The notes: generated from the sequence alone by a model not told the origin. Counted from the stretch's first letter, positions 1 through 13,655 are shown. The stretch: DNA of 64,000 nt from Mobula hypostoma (GCF_963921235.1 NC_086097.1:217312001-217376000), one strand, 5' to 3'. Made by a program: numbers and translations.

Positions 1-552
1 AAGCTAAGAATTTATACTCCTGCTCGACTGACACTTTGTCCTCTAGTCCCTTTATTCATATACCCAAGTAACATAGCAAACTTTATTTCATGATTTTACC
101 TGCACAACAGTTTGCCTGCAAGTGGGTCAACAATAAAAGCCTATTGTTTAACTCACTTGCTGCCAGTGCATTTGGTCATTTCCTGGCCTGAAGCAAGCTG
201 TCTGGTTCATTAATATCACAGAGAAGATGCATTTTTCTGATGTGACCTAACTTCCTCTCAAGCCAACCACTTTCACTGCTCCCCATGCCTAAATGTACTT
301 TATAAATTATGTTTCCAGAACAATCTTCTATTCATAGTTACAACAGTTCATCACCATCGCGGTTTGTTCCGAAGCAACATTGAGTTATGATGCTATGACT
401 CAACTCCGGCCTGTGCGCTGACTTTTGAAGAACGTAGCTCTTACAAATGTTTGTACCATTATTAACTTTTTTGCAATTTGTTTTTCTGATTTTAAGCACC
501 TATCTGCATATCCAATTTTTCCAGCTGTTCAACCCAAACTGATAAATTAATA

Positions 553-1663
553 CAGGTTGAGCACCCCTTACCCAAACTGCTTGGGGCCAAAAGTGTTTCA
601 GATTTTAGATTTTTTCGGAATTTGAAATATATAATGAGATAGCTTGGGATCGCCATCATTTCTGACTGAATTTATGTGCTACTGGTAAGCAGTCTTTGTC
701 TTACACTTGTTCATCACACAAATGATATTTAACAGTAAAAATTATTACATACCATTAATATAATTCCCACCGCTGCCTGTAAGGAGTTTGTACTTTCACC
801 CCATGACCGTGTGGGTTTCCTCCGGGTACTCTGGTTTCCTCCCACTGTCCAAAGATGTATCGGTTGGTAAGTTAATTGGTCACTGTAAATTGTCCTGTGA
901 TTAGGCTAGGATTAGATCGGGGGTTGCTGGGTGGCTGGCTCAAACAGCTTGAAAGGACTACACTGTGCTGTCTCTCAATAAATAAATAAAATTTAATGCG
1001 TGCACGGTAACAGAAGCAGCTCAGCAGCATCGGGAGAATACCTGAATCAGCTGTCGAACAACAACAGCAACGACAAGTTTTCAGTCTCCACCTACAATGC
1101 TGTCTTTTGATTAAAAGGTTACGGTACACTGTATTTGTATTTGACGTTTTGTTTTGTTTTGTATAAGGTATAAAAACAATCAGCATTGTAGACTTATTCT
1201 GGTGTCAGCAACAATCTTGACAAACACATCAATGAATTTCTCTGCTGCTTCGTGATCAACAGTTGCTTTATCACCACAAGTATTTAAAAACGTAATGCTG
1301 TGCCTTTTCTTAAATTTCAGCAACCAGCCTGCTGAATATTCACGTTACCTTTAACTTTCAGTTCGTCATGATAGATCTTTGTTTGTTTCATGATCAGCAT
1401 ACCATTAAGCAGCATATGTTCACTCCGATGCTAATGAATCCATTCTCTCAATACACGCTCAAGATCTTCGAGTTTTCAGTAACTTCTATTCATTACATAC
1501 GTGAGGACGCTTGTTCAAAATGGTCTGTAGTGCGCAGAGACCTGGGAACAATTCCAGTGCCTTGTGGAATTTTCCATTTGTGAAGTCACATCAAGGCTCA
1601 AAAATATTTCAGATTTCAGAGCTTTTCAGATGTTGGACTTTTGGATAAGGGGTACTCAACCTG
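553..1663 (-). mobile_element. Tigger/pogo DNA transposon, internally deleted (Tigger4/MER46-like termini)
   Basis: TIRs CAGGTTGAG(C/T)ACCCCTTA at both ends, TA on both flanks; minus-strand CENP-B-type HTH relic EYSAGWLLKFKKRHSI...GDKATVDHEAAEKF at about 1220-1345. Confidence 0.88.
762..990 (+). mobile_element. V-SINE/HE1-like SINE inserted in the Tigger element
   Basis: Central domain GTGGGTTTCCTCCGGGTACTCTGGTTTCCTCCCAC; (AAAT)n tail. Confidence 0.75.
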
Positions 1664-1852
1664 TATTTTTTGTTTCCTTATAGCATAGAAGGGGACCATA
1701 CAACTCATTGATTCAATGCCGGCTCTGACAGCATTCCCATCACTTGCTTGCTTCCCTGTAACCTATTCCCTCTCACATGCCTAATAACTACTCTGATTCT
1801 CCTGAACCCACTTGCACTGGGTAATTTACAGCAGCAAATTAACCTACCAACA

Positions 1853-1920
1853 TACACTTGGTGGCCATTTTATAAGTTAGTCCTTCTTGTTAATGCAAAT
1901 CCCTAATCAGCTAATCATGT
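1853..1920. mobile_element. Tc1-like MITE end truncated by a CR1 insertion
   Basis: TA-CACTTGGTGGCCATTTTAT resembles the TIR of the 37899-38457 element. Confidence 0.5.
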
Positions 1921-3207
1921 AAGACCATAAAACATAGGAACAAAATTAGGCCATTTGGCCCATCGCATCTGTTCTCCCATTCTATTTTGGCTGATTTATT
2001 ATTTCTTTCAACCCCATTCTCCAGCCTTCTCCCTGTAATCTTTGACGACCTGACTAATTAAGAACCTATCAATCTCTGCTTTAAATATACTCAACAACTT
2101 GGCCTCTACAGCTGTCCATGGCAAAGAATTCCACAGATTCACCACCCTCAGACTAAAGAAATTCCTCCTCATTTTTGTTCTAAATAGAAATCCATTTGTT
2201 CTGAGGTTCTGCTCTCTCGTCCTAGACTCACCCACTGTAGGAAATATCCTCTCCACATCCACTATATCTTTCATATTCAATAGGTTTCCATGAGATACCC
2301 TCACATTCTTCTGAACTCCAGCGAGTACAGGCCCAGATGTTAATCTTTTCATCCCCAGAATCATTCTTGCGAACCTCCTCTGGACCGCCTCCAATGCCAG
2401 CACATCTTTTCTTAGATAAAAGGCCCAAAGCTGCTCACAATACTCCAAATGCAGTCTGACCAATACCTCATAAAGCCTCAGCTCTTATATTCTTGTCCTC
2501 TCGAAATGAATGCTTACATTGCATTTGCCTTTCTTACCTCTGACTCAAGTTGCAAGTTAACATTCAGGGAATCCTGCGCAGGGGCTCCCAAATCCCTTTG
2601 CACCTCTGATTTTTGAAGTTTGTTCCCATATAGAAAATAGTCATGCCTTTATTCCATCTACTAAAATACATGATCAGTCATGTCCCTACACTATATTCCA
2701 TCTGCCACTTCCTTGCCCATTCTCCCAATCTGTCTAGGTCCTTCTGCAGACACCCTGCCTCCTCAACATTATCTGCCCTTCCACTTATCTTCATATTGTC
2801 TGCAAACTTGGCCACAAAACCACCAATTCCATCATCCAAATCATTGACATATAATGTGAAAAGAAGCAGTCCAAATACTGAACCCTGTGGAAAACCACTT
2901 GTCACTGGCAGCCAACCAGAATGGTCCTCCTTTTTTTCCAACTTTGTACATCCTGCTAGTCTGCCAATCTTCTATCCATTCTGGTATACTTCCTGTAATA
3001 CCAGAAGCTCTTATCTTATTTAGAAGCCTCATGAGTAGCACCTTGTCAAAGGCCTTCTGAAAATCTAAGTAAACAACATTCACTGACTCTCTTTTGTCAA
3101 TCCTGCCTGTTATTTCATCAAAGAATTCCAAAAGATTTGTCAGGCAAGATTTTACCTTAAGGAAACCATGTTGACTTTGGCCTACTTTATCACATGCCTC
3201 CAAGTAC
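1920..3207 (-). mobile_element. CR1 LINE, 5'-truncated and degenerate
   Basis: RT fragments [37 protein letters not shown]1 3' end near 1920. Confidence 0.9.
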
Positions 3208-3519
3208 CCCCTAATAATGGAGTCTAGCTAAAGAAATTGCTCCTCGTCTCTGTTCTAAATGGCTTTCCATCTGTTTCTCTTCCCTCTGGACCAGATGGGG
3301 TGGTTTGTGTATCTCAGAAGCTGCAGCACTGCCCGTTGCCACAATATATTTCCCCACATGAGGCCATAAAGGTCTACCTTGTGCTGGAAAGTTGCTGCTC
3401 TGATTAATCAAGCACATATGGGAGACGTCTGAGAGGTTATGGAGAAATCAGTATGACGGAGATCAAGAAATTACTATGCACAGAATCACAGATCTGTGCC
3501 TGGGTGTTCATATCTGCCA

Positions 3520-3730
3520 TCAGTCATTAAGGATCAACCCCCTCCCCCATCACTCGGGTCATGCCCTCTTCTCATTGCTACCATCAAGGAGGAGGTACAG
3601 GAGCATGAAGACACACACTCAATGTTTTAGGAACAGGTTCTTCCCCTTTGCCTTCCGATTTCTGAACGAACAGTGGACACACTGTACACGGCCTCATTAT
3701 TTTTTTCTTCTTGTGCTCTCTTTTTGTATT
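3520..3730 (+). mobile_element. 3' end of an L2/Rex-type LINE
   Basis: HHSGHALFSLLPSRRRYRSMKTHTQCFRNRFFP; related copies at 24310-24543, 27753-27920 and 30050-30545. Confidence 0.65.
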
Positions 3731-3734
3731 ATTA

Positions 3735-6391
3735 GGATTCCAGTTAATTGAGACACATTGGGACACATTAGTACATTTTTGCCCAATTAGCTAAAGACAA
3801 CCTACTATTTAATTGATGCAACCCTCTTACTGGGACTTGTTTACAAACTTGGCTTGTTAGCAACCCTGCTAACAACTGCACTGATACAGCAGTGAGAAGG
3901 CCACCTTTCATGTGCAATATACATCTAGGGTCAGTATGACTTGGGGTTCCACCAAACAGGAGTTGGGCTATTCCAATTGAGGAACACTGATTGTAGCAAA
4001 TGCTGTGTAAATACTGCCTTATGCATGATTATTGTTCACCAGAAAATGAGATTGCACTCCAGCACAAAATTACAAAGAATGTATATTTACCAAATTTTCA
4101 ACTTTAACAGTTACAGAGAAAGAAACGGGCTCATTACAGTTCAACCAGCCGAATGTGCACATAAACGTTGGAGCTCATTTCTGGAGTAATCGGATGTATT
4201 GCTTTACTCACGTATTGAACCCATGTTGTGTGTGCAAGACACCAGCCACAATTCGAACTTCCCTCAAAGACCATCTTGAATGAACTGGCTGACTCAGGAG
4301 TATTGGCACTTCCTCCGTGGAGCCATTCACCTGCACAAAGCACTTCTTACAACAATGTCTCTCCTTTGAATGGCATTCTTCCCTTGTTCCCTGCTCTGCA
4401 ACTTTCACCAAAAGACCCCAAACCAGACTAATATCCTTCAGAAATCTGATCCCACCCAGCTGTCTGGAATCTTCCCTCAGATCCCACTGGGCAGAAAGTT
4501 GCATCATGTACCATGATAAACCTGACTGGCTGACACAACATTCCTAAGTTGGACAACGTGGCTCCTTGTCTTTAAATGAAGTCAAAACACCCTTACCAGC
4601 AGGGCACACTGATTTTGCAGCAAACTGCTAAAATAAAAATACCTCACAGTATAGCATGGAAATCTTTCCCAGGGCATTACACTGAGTAACAAATTATGTA
4701 TTTAAATGAAATTTAGAACAAATTGGAACACTACCAAGATTATTACAGTATTATAAAACTGTGTATTAGTTCATAATAGCTACAACTTGAGGAATTCATC
4801 TAGTGTATGGTGGCGTGTTCTTTTAAATGACTGTAAAAGAACAAAATCAGTGCAGACACCTAGTGTGAATAATGGGCTTTCTTCATTTCCTTCCCACATG
4901 AAGTAATGTCATAATCCAACAATAAATTTCCTGGCATCCTGTGTAGTCACTAGTTCAGGTTCAGGTCATCCTCATCACTTTCCTCGTCTTCATATTCCTC
5001 ACCTTAGTGCTTTGATACAATGCTTGCATTGCCCAAATCATCATTTTCATTGCAACATTCAAGATGATTGTCAGTAACTTCAGTCTGCATAGTTCCTAAC
5101 TTGTTGAAGTAGTGAAATTGTTTCATTTTCACTCCCAGTTGTTTCTCTAAGCCTGAAAGTTTGAAACCATGGTGAGCAAAACAATTCTGATGAAGTGTCT
5201 CAGCCTGAAACATCAACTGTTTACTCTTTTCCATAGATGCTGCTGAGTCCGTCCAGCATTTTGTATGTATTTCTAGATTCTGCAGGTTTTTCTTGTTTCT
5301 GAATTGTCTTGCCGTTTATTTCTCGCCAACTATCACTGACAAACTGTACTGCCAGTAAAAGGTTAACCCTTGCACTCACTTCTTTGTCTATTGAAGAAGA
5401 TGTCAGTGGATTTTCTTATATTGCTTTGAGAATGTGGATCACCAACTTTCTGCGAGAAAACGCCTTTAATTATTTTAGGTTTCCCATATCCATTAGTTGC
5501 ACCAAGGATGTTGTATTGGCAGGCAGAAATTCCAGCTGGATGTTTCTCAAACATTCTACATTAGGGTGTGCAGCACAATTGTCAGCAAGCAGAAGAATTC
5601 TGCTTGATTTCTGCTGTAGCTATATATCCCAACTCATCAGCCATTTCTTAAAAATTTCAGAAGCCATCCACACATTCTTATTAGCATCGTGATCAACTAG
5701 CAAACTATTCATTCTTAGCCCCTTAAAGCCTCGTAGTTTAACACGTTTCCCAAGAACCATCAATTTATTTTTATCAGTTCCTCACATATTTGCACCGCAC
5801 AACAGTTATGTGATCCATCACTTTCTTTGAACCTGATAGGGTTGCGTGTTTGTAGCAAACGCAACCATCTGTACAAAAGTTTTGAAGCAAGTCAGGGAGT
5901 TTTGTAGATTTCCATGTTTCTGCACACAGCATCAGCACTACCTTTCTCTTCCTGTGCTCTCTTGAATTTAATGTGGTGCCTACATTTCCATCAAGTTAAC
6001 CAACCATCTATTGCTTTAAAATCTTTGTGACCCAACTTCTTAGCTAGCTCTTCCGACTTGTTTTTTTAACATTGATCCACTGATGCACACAACTTGTCCA
6101 TTTAGAATGGAAAATCATTGACTGAAACCCTCTTCAACATCTAGATCCTTACTTCCACGCTTCGTCAGGACTCGGCCTGAAACGTCGACTGTACCTCTTC
6201 CTAGAGATGCTGCCTGGCCTGCTGCGTTCACCAGCAACTTTGATGTGTTTTGCTTGAATTTCCAGCATCTGCAGAATTCCTGTTGTTCAGGGAATCCCAG
6301 CTATTTTCTCAATTTATTTTTGTTCTTTAAGAGTTGTCCCAAATAGGCAGCTGCTCCAATTCAGTGATTGCAAATTAACCGCAATCCACTG
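3735..6391 (-). mobile_element. Tigger/pogo (TIGD-like) transposon relic carrying nested insertions
   Basis: Minus-strand HTH relic KSEELAKKLGHKDFKAIDGWLT*WKCRHHIKFK at about 5950-6140; end ...AATTAACCGCAATCCACTG partly complementary to GGATTCCAGTTAATT near 3735. Confidence 0.7.
3860..4681 (-). mobile_element. Possible solo LTR inside the Tigger relic
   Basis: Non-coding block whose minus strand begins TGTAATGCCCTGG; the other end and a TSD are not resolved. Confidence 0.3.
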
Positions 6392-7274
6392 TGTATATAT
6401 ATCTTATTGTAATCTATGATTTTTAAAAATAAGGTATTGCAATATACAGCAGAACAACATATTTCACGACATATGCCATAAGGAAAGAATTAAATGTGAT
6501 TCCTCCTTGGTATATGCTAAAATAAATTGGAAATCTGGAAGACAAAGTGCTGTTAGCTTGGAGAGGAATTGTTTTAGAAAGTGCAAGAGAACAAGTCCGC
6601 AGCAATGTTTAGATAAAGTTAAGGGAGTACAAGTCTACAGCCTTGATAGTGGAAAATGGTGAAAAACATGTTTTTCTGGGTAAGGCGAGGTCATTGTGCA
6701 GGTGCAGGTACCAAATGCATGGAAAAGTACTAGTGTGAGGGGTTTTGAAGGAGCACCTTCTTGGTACAAAGGGGAAGAGAGTTTTGTCTTAGGCTAGTTC
6801 ACAGTTGGTGAAGTGCTAGGAAGATAGTATATGAGCCAGAGTTAGACTTGGAGAGAGAGCGGGGGAGAGAGGCTGCATGCAAGTCTGTCGGCATCCACAG
6901 ATCAGCTTATTCAGAGGGTGATAAGTATTATGTTGATTACTGTACTGCTCTGCTTGCTGTTACAGAGATTTGATTTTCCTTTTAGAACTAGCATTTGCGC
7001 TAGTTCTAAAGTGTTTTCTTGTGGCCTTGAACATGTGTGGCGCCTACTTTCTTTGCGAATGTGTATGCGAACACCCTGAGCTGAACCAGAAGAGAACACA
7101 TAATGAATTTTAAGATAATTTTCGTTTACATATGCCAGTGACATTAAACCTGATTCTGATTCTGGTACTTATTACTTTGATTTTCCTTCTTAGTTAACGT
7201 CTCAAATATCATCATTAATCCAATAAAATTATAATTTAACCTACTCTTAGCTCATTACCTGATATTAACTTTAC

Positions 7275-7510
7275 TTGTTTGGAAATACAGCGTGGTAAAA
7301 AGCCCTTCCAGTCATTGAGCCTGTGCTGCCCAATAACAAGCATGTGACCAATTAACCTACTAACCCTTACGTCGTTGGAATGTGGGAGGAAATCAGAGTA
7401 TGCAGAGGAAACCCGCAAGGTCATGGGGAGAACGTACAAACTCCTAACAGACAGCAGTGGAATTGAACCTGGGTTATTAGTGCTGTAATTGCGTTATGCT
7501 AACTGCCACC
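7275..7510 (-). mobile_element. V-SINE/HE1-like SINE
   Basis: Reverse complement of the SINE core (TGTGGGAGGAAATCAGAG...GGAAACCCGC). Confidence 0.7.
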
Positions 7511-8214
7511 CAAATCTTTCTGTAAATAGAAGAGAACACAAGACTGTACAGCACACAGAAACAGGCTCTTCTTCCCACAATGTTGTGCAAACCAATTAAA
7601 TTAGAAATCAAATGCCCAACTAAACTAATCCCTCCTGCCACACAATGTCTATATCCTTCCATTTCCTGAACATTCGTGTACCTACCTATGATCCCCCTGA
7701 ATGTTTTTCACATAAAATGCTGGAGGAACTCAGCAAGTCAGGTAGTACCTATGGAGGAGAATAGACAGTTGACATTTTGGGCATGATCCTGATGGTCTAT
7801 GCCTATCATAATCTTATAAGCCTCTATTGGATCTCTCCCAGTCTTCAATCCTACAGGGAAAAAAAAACTCCATTTTGTCCAACCTCTCCGTAAAGAACAT
7901 GTCCTTTAATCGAGGAAGCATCCTGGTAAACTTCTCTTGCATTCACTTCATCCTTTCTATAAGGAGATGACCAGAATTGAATGCAATTCTCCAGATTTGG
8001 TCCAACCAGCGTGTTACAAAGTTGCAGTATAACTTCCCAACTCATAAAAGCAAGCATACTATATGCCTTCTTTATTACCCAGTTAACTGGTGTGGCCATT
8101 CTGAGGGAGCTAAGGACTTGAAGCTCAAGACCCTTCTGCATATCAACACTGTACTGTCCCTTTACATTTGATCAACCAATGTGCAACATTTCCCACTTGG
8201 GCAGGTTTGACCAG

Positions 8215-10005
8215 GCACCTCAGCCTCCTCATACCTACCCCTTGAAGAGGATCCCACTCCGGACCATCAGAAAGCTACCTCCAACACTATCACTGACTTC
8301 ACCAACTCTGGAGAACCTCCATCTACTTCCACCAAACTCATAGCTCTCTTACCCTGCATGGCTCACTTCTACCTCCCACCCAAGGTTCAGAAACCTGACT
8401 GTCCATGTTGACCCATTGTTTCTGCCTGCTCCTGCTCCACTGAACTCATGTCCTCATACCTCGAATCCATTCTATCTCCCTTGGTACAGTCCCTTCCCAC
8501 CTACAACTGCGACATTTCTCATGCTCTCAATCTCCTCAGTAACTTTCAATTTGCTGCCCCCCCCCGACTCCCTTATTTTCACCATGGATGTCCAGTCCCT
8601 ATACACTTCCATTCCCCATCAACAAGGCCTTAAAACTCTCTGCTTCTTTCTCAATAAGGAACCAAGCAGTACCCTTCCTCCACCACCCTCTTCCACCTGG
8701 CAGAACTGGCCCTCACCTTCAACAATTTTTCCTATGGCTCTTGCCACTTTTTCCAGACTCGAGGGGTAGCCACGGTCAATCACAGGGGCCCTAACTATGC
8801 CTTCCTTTTCATTGGCTACATAGAACAGTCCATGTTCCAAACTTTCCCTGGTAATGTCTTCCTCTGCTAAATTGACAACTGCTTCATACACCTATGCTGA
8901 GTTTGTCAATTTCACCAACTTTGCCTCAAACTTCCACTCTGCCCTTAAATTCACTTGGTCCATTTTTGACACTTCCTTCCCCTTTCCTGTCCCCATCTCT
9001 GGCGTCAAACTGTCGACTGACATTTTTTATAAACCTACAGCTTCCCACAGTTAATTGACTATACCTCTGCCCACCGTCTCCTGTAAAAATGCTATTCCCT
9101 TTTCACAGTTCCTTCATCACAGCCACGTCTGTTTCCAGGAACAGGGCTTCCCTTCCTCCACCACTAATGCTGCTCTCACCTGCATCTCCTGCATTTCCCG
9201 AACATCCGCACTCACACCATTTTTCCACCGCCCTAACAGTGACAGAGTTCCTCTTGTCCTTACCTACCACCCCATGAGCCTCTGCATCTAACATATCATT
9301 CTCTTCAACCACCTCCAAAGGGCTCCTATCGTCAAACATATCTTTACCTCCCTCCTCCGCTTTCCACAGGGATTTCTCCCTCTGCGAGTCCCTTGTTCAT
9401 TTGTCCCTCCCCACTCATCTCCCTCCCAGTACTTACCCCTGCAAGCAGCCAAGGTGCTACACCTGCCCATTCACCTCTCCCTCACCTCCTTTCAGGTGAA
9501 GCAACACTTTACCTGTGAATCTGCTGAGGTTGTCTATTGTGTCCGGTGCTCCCAATGTGGCATCCTCCATACTGGTGAGACCCATCGTAAAACTGGGGGA
9601 CCACTTCATCGAGCACCTCCATTTCATCCACCAAAAGCAGAACTTCCCAGCGGTCAAACATTTTAATTCCCATTCCCACTCCCATTCTGACATATCGGTC
9701 CATGTCCTCCTCGTGCAAGGTGAAGGAACAACACCTTATATTCTGTCTGGGTAGCCTCCAACCCGATGGCATGAACATCAATTTCTCCTTTAGGTTAAAA
9801 AATTCCCTCCCCCTCCACTCTTCTATTCCTCACTCTGGCTACTAAACTTTTCTCATCTGCCTATTGCCTCTTCCTGGGTCCCCTCCTCATTCCCTTTCTT
9901 TTATGGTCCACTCTCTTTTCCTGTCATATTTCTTCTTCTCCAGCCTTTTATTTTTCTGAACTACCTGACTTCACATCTCACCTTCTAGCTAACCTCCTTC
10001 CTGCA
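8215..10005 (+). mobile_element. Penelope-like element, degenerate RT plus GIY-YIG endonuclease
   Basis: FTMDVQSLYTSIP (RT), TDIFYKPT, FTCESAEVVYCVRCSQCGILHTGET (GIY-YIG), followed by a pyrimidine-rich 3' region. Confidence 0.88.
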
Positions 10006-10119
10006 ACTTATCTACATCCTGGTGTGGTTCTTTGGCAGTCTTCTTCACAATCCACACCACCACCAATCTTCAAATTTTCTGTAAATGCATTAACCCACCC
10101 ATCTACATTTTCATCCAGG

Positions 10120-10415
10120 TTATTTATCTATTTATCTGTTTGTTTATTTATTTATTTAGAGATACTGCCCTTCCAACCCTTTGAGTCGAGCAGCCCAGCT
10201 ACTCCGATTTAACCCTAGCCTAATACCAGGACAATTTACGATGACCAATTAAGCTACTAACCGGTACACCTTTGGACTGTGGGTGGAAACTGGAGCACCT
10301 GGAGAAAACCCGCTCATGCCTCTAAGTACAAACAGAAGACACCAGGACTGAACTCTGAACTGCAACGTCCTGAGCTATAATAGCATCGCGCTCAATGCTA
10401 CGCCACCATGGTGCC
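10120..10415 (-). mobile_element. V-SINE-like SINE with (TTTA)n tail
   Basis: SINE core TTTGGACTGTGGGTGGAAACTGGAGCACCTGGAGAAAACCC; simple-repeat tail at 10120-10157. Confidence 0.7.
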
Positions 10416-11335
10416 CATTTCTGATTCATTTACTCTGTAATTAATAGTAGTTCTATGTCAGCACTGTACTGTTGCCACAAAACAAAAAAATTCACATTAT
10501 CTAAGTCAACGATAATAAACTTGATTCTGAGGTATCACAAACAGCTGATATTCCATTACAGGTCCCTGTGGAATACCACTAGTCACAGACTTCCAGCTAG
10601 AATAGGTCCAATTGACCACTACCCTCTATCTTCTATGGGCAAGCCAAATCTGAATCTAAAATGCCAATTCACCATGAATCCCATGCATCTTAATCTTCAG
10701 GATGAGCCTCCCATGAGGGACCTTGTCACACATACTACTAAAATCTATGGAATGACATTCATGACTTTACATTTATCAATCATGTTTTGCCACCTCCTTG
10801 AAAAATTCAATTGAGTTAGTAAGACCTGGCTTGCTCCGCACAAAGCCATGCTGAGTGTCTTTAATTAGGCCATAGTTTTCCAAATGATCATAAATCTGAT
10901 CACTAAGAATCCTCTCTGGTAACTCCCCTTTACTGATGTGAGACTCACCAGTCAACAGTTTCCAATATTATCTCTATTTCTTTTCTTCAGTAATGAAACA
11001 ATGTCAGCTACTCACCAGTCCTCTGGGAACCATGTCTGTGATTAGAGAACACGGGAATCTTGGTCAAGGCCCCAGCAATCTCATCTCTTGCCTCGCTCAG
11101 TAACCTGGATATGTACAGTCCTGCCCTAGGGGTTATCCACTTTAATCTTCTTTAAGGGACCCAACACAACCTCCTTCTTTATCTCAAAATGCTGTAGCCT
11201 ATTAGCATGATCTCCTTATCCTCCATATCCTTCTCCTTGGTAAACACTGATGCAAATTACTCATGTAGAGCCTCACCTCATCTGTGCATCAAGTATGTTC
11301 ATTCCTTTAACCTTGAGTGTTCCTATGCACTCCCT

Positions 11336-13655
11336 AGACCATAGAAGAGCAGAATTAGGCCATTTGGCCCATCAAGTCTGCTCCGCCAGTTCATCATGGC
11401 TGATCCAAGTTTCCTCTCGGACCAATCTCTTGCCTTCCACCCATCACCCTTCATGCACTGACCAATCAATAATCTATCAATCTCTGTTCTAAATATACAT
11501 CAAGACTTGGCTTCCACAGAATTAACACTTTCTGACTAAAGGAATTCTTCCTCACCTCAGTTCTAAAAGAATGCCTCTCTATTCTGAGGTTGTGTCCTCT
11601 GGTCTTAGACTCTCCCGCTATAGGAACCATCCTCTCCACATCCACTCTATCAAGCTCTTTCACCATTTGATAGGTTTCAATTAGGACACCCCTCATTCTT
11701 CAAAATTCTACAGGTCCAGAGCTATCAAACACTCTTCATATGACAAGCCATTCAATCCTGGAATCATTTTTGTGAACCTTCTTTGAACCCTCTTCAGTTT
11801 CAGCACATTCTTTCTACGATAAGGGCCCCAAAACTGCTCACAATATTCCAAGTTAAGCTTCACCAGTGCTTTATAAAGCCTCAACATATCGGGGGGGGGG
11901 GGGAGCAAAGTCAAGATGGCGCTAAATGGCGACACCTTTGCTTGCATCTTCAGAAACAGCACTATTTCTATTTTGATATCTCTTTTCTTTCCTTTTCAAG
12001 GTTCTTTTGAAGACCCTGACCTGGAGTTACACTCTCGCTTTGGTTCTTTGCAGGAATAGTCCCACTCTCAGGGCCTCATGACCAGCCGCTTTTTGATATC
12101 CCAAGGACGCTGCCTGGAAGACTAGCGCACCTTCAGGGTGCCGGATATTCGTGGCTCTGGAGACGGGCTGATTCAAGGCCAGTGCCCCTGACTGAGGCAT
12201 CGCAGGAGAACATGGAACATCGGGAGCAGCTGGCTAGCTACTGGCTCAGAGACCAGAGTCTTTCCGGAGCTTGAAAAAACGACACAACAGAATATTAATA
12301 TCTTAAATCAGCAAGTTGTTTGTTATGTTTCCTCTCTCGCAGTGAAACGGGGACATCTCTTTTTCCCTTATTAGGAAGAGAGAGCCTGTGGTAATGTCAA
12401 ATTGCCAGGTGAACGAGCAGTCTTTGGGGTACTGCAAGTCTGCCTTTATTGAAGCATTTCTGCACACGTGAGTGCTCGGTGGAGGGTGCTGATGCTTTTT
12501 TGCTGGTGGGGAGGGAGGGGGTCGTTGCTTTGCTGCTGCATGTGCATGGGAGGGGGAGCTGAGGAGGGCTTAGAGGTTTTAACGTCTAACTATCATCCAT
12601 TCTTTGGGGCACTCCTCGGTTTTTGTGGATGATTGCGAAGAAAAATTATTTCAGGATGTATATTGCATACATTTCTCTGACATTAAATGTATCGAATGTA
12701 CCCATTGAACATTACATCCTTGCTTTTAAATTCTAGCCTTCTTGAAATGAATGCTAACATCACATTTGCCTTCCTCACCACAGATTTAACCTGCAAATTA
12801 ACCTTTAAGGAATCCTGCACAAGGACTCCCAAGTCCATTTGTGCCTCAGTTTTTTGTATTTCCTCTCCATTTACAAAATATTCAACCCTTCATTTCTTTT
12901 ACCAAAGTACATGACCATACACTTCCAAATACTGTATTCCATGTTATTTCTTTCCCTATTTTTCATAATCTAAGTCCTTCTGCAGCCTCTCTACTTACTC
13001 AAAACTACCTGTCCCTCTTCCTATCTTCATATCGTCTGCAAACTTTGCAACAAAACCATCAATTCTATCATCCAAAGCACTGACATTTAATGCAAAAAGA
13101 ATTGGTCCCAACACAGACCCCTGTGGAACACCACTAGTCAAGGAAGGTCCCTTTATTCCCACACTTTGCCTCCTCCCAATCAGCCACTGCTTTATCCAAG
13201 CTAGTCTCTTTCCTGTATTAATATGGGCTCGTAGTTAGCTAAGCAGACTCATGTCTGGTACCTTGTCAAAGGCCTTCTGAAAATCCAAGTACACAACATC
13301 AACTGATTCTCCTTTCCCTGCTTGCAATTTATTGAAATAATTCCAACAGATTTGTCAGGCAAGATTTTCCCTTGAGGAAACCATGTTGATTGTGATCTAT
13401 TTTACTGTGTGTTCCAAGTACCCTGAGACCTCATCCTTATCAATTAACTCCAACATCTTTCCAAGTCATACTAACAGGCCTACAATTTCCTTTCTTCTGT
13501 CTCTCTCCCCTCTTGAAGAGTGGAGTGACATTTGCAATTTTCCAATCTTCCGGAACCATTCCAGAATCTAATGTTTCTTGAAAAATAATTACTAATGCCT
13601 CCACAATCTCTTCAGCCACCTCTTTTGGACCCCTGGGGTGTACATAATCTGGTCC
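11336..13655 (-). mobile_element. CR1 LINE nested in the older CR1 and itself interrupted at 11890-12707
   Basis: ORF2 fragments LYKALVKLNLEYCEQFW and GPDYVHPR...VPEDWKIANVTPLFK; own 3' end at about 11336. Confidence 0.85.
11890..12707 (+). mobile_element. Non-autonomous ORF-less retroposon, full-length-looking copy
   Basis: Interrupts CR1 between AAGCCTCAACAT and AACATTACATCC; starts with a G run and CAAGATGGCG; homologous copies at 19795-20335 and 18165-18230. Confidence 0.7.

Noticed and set aside
3211..3417. 68-aa ORF in apparently unique sequence
   Set aside because: No recognisable domain, and it partly overlaps CR1-like sequence
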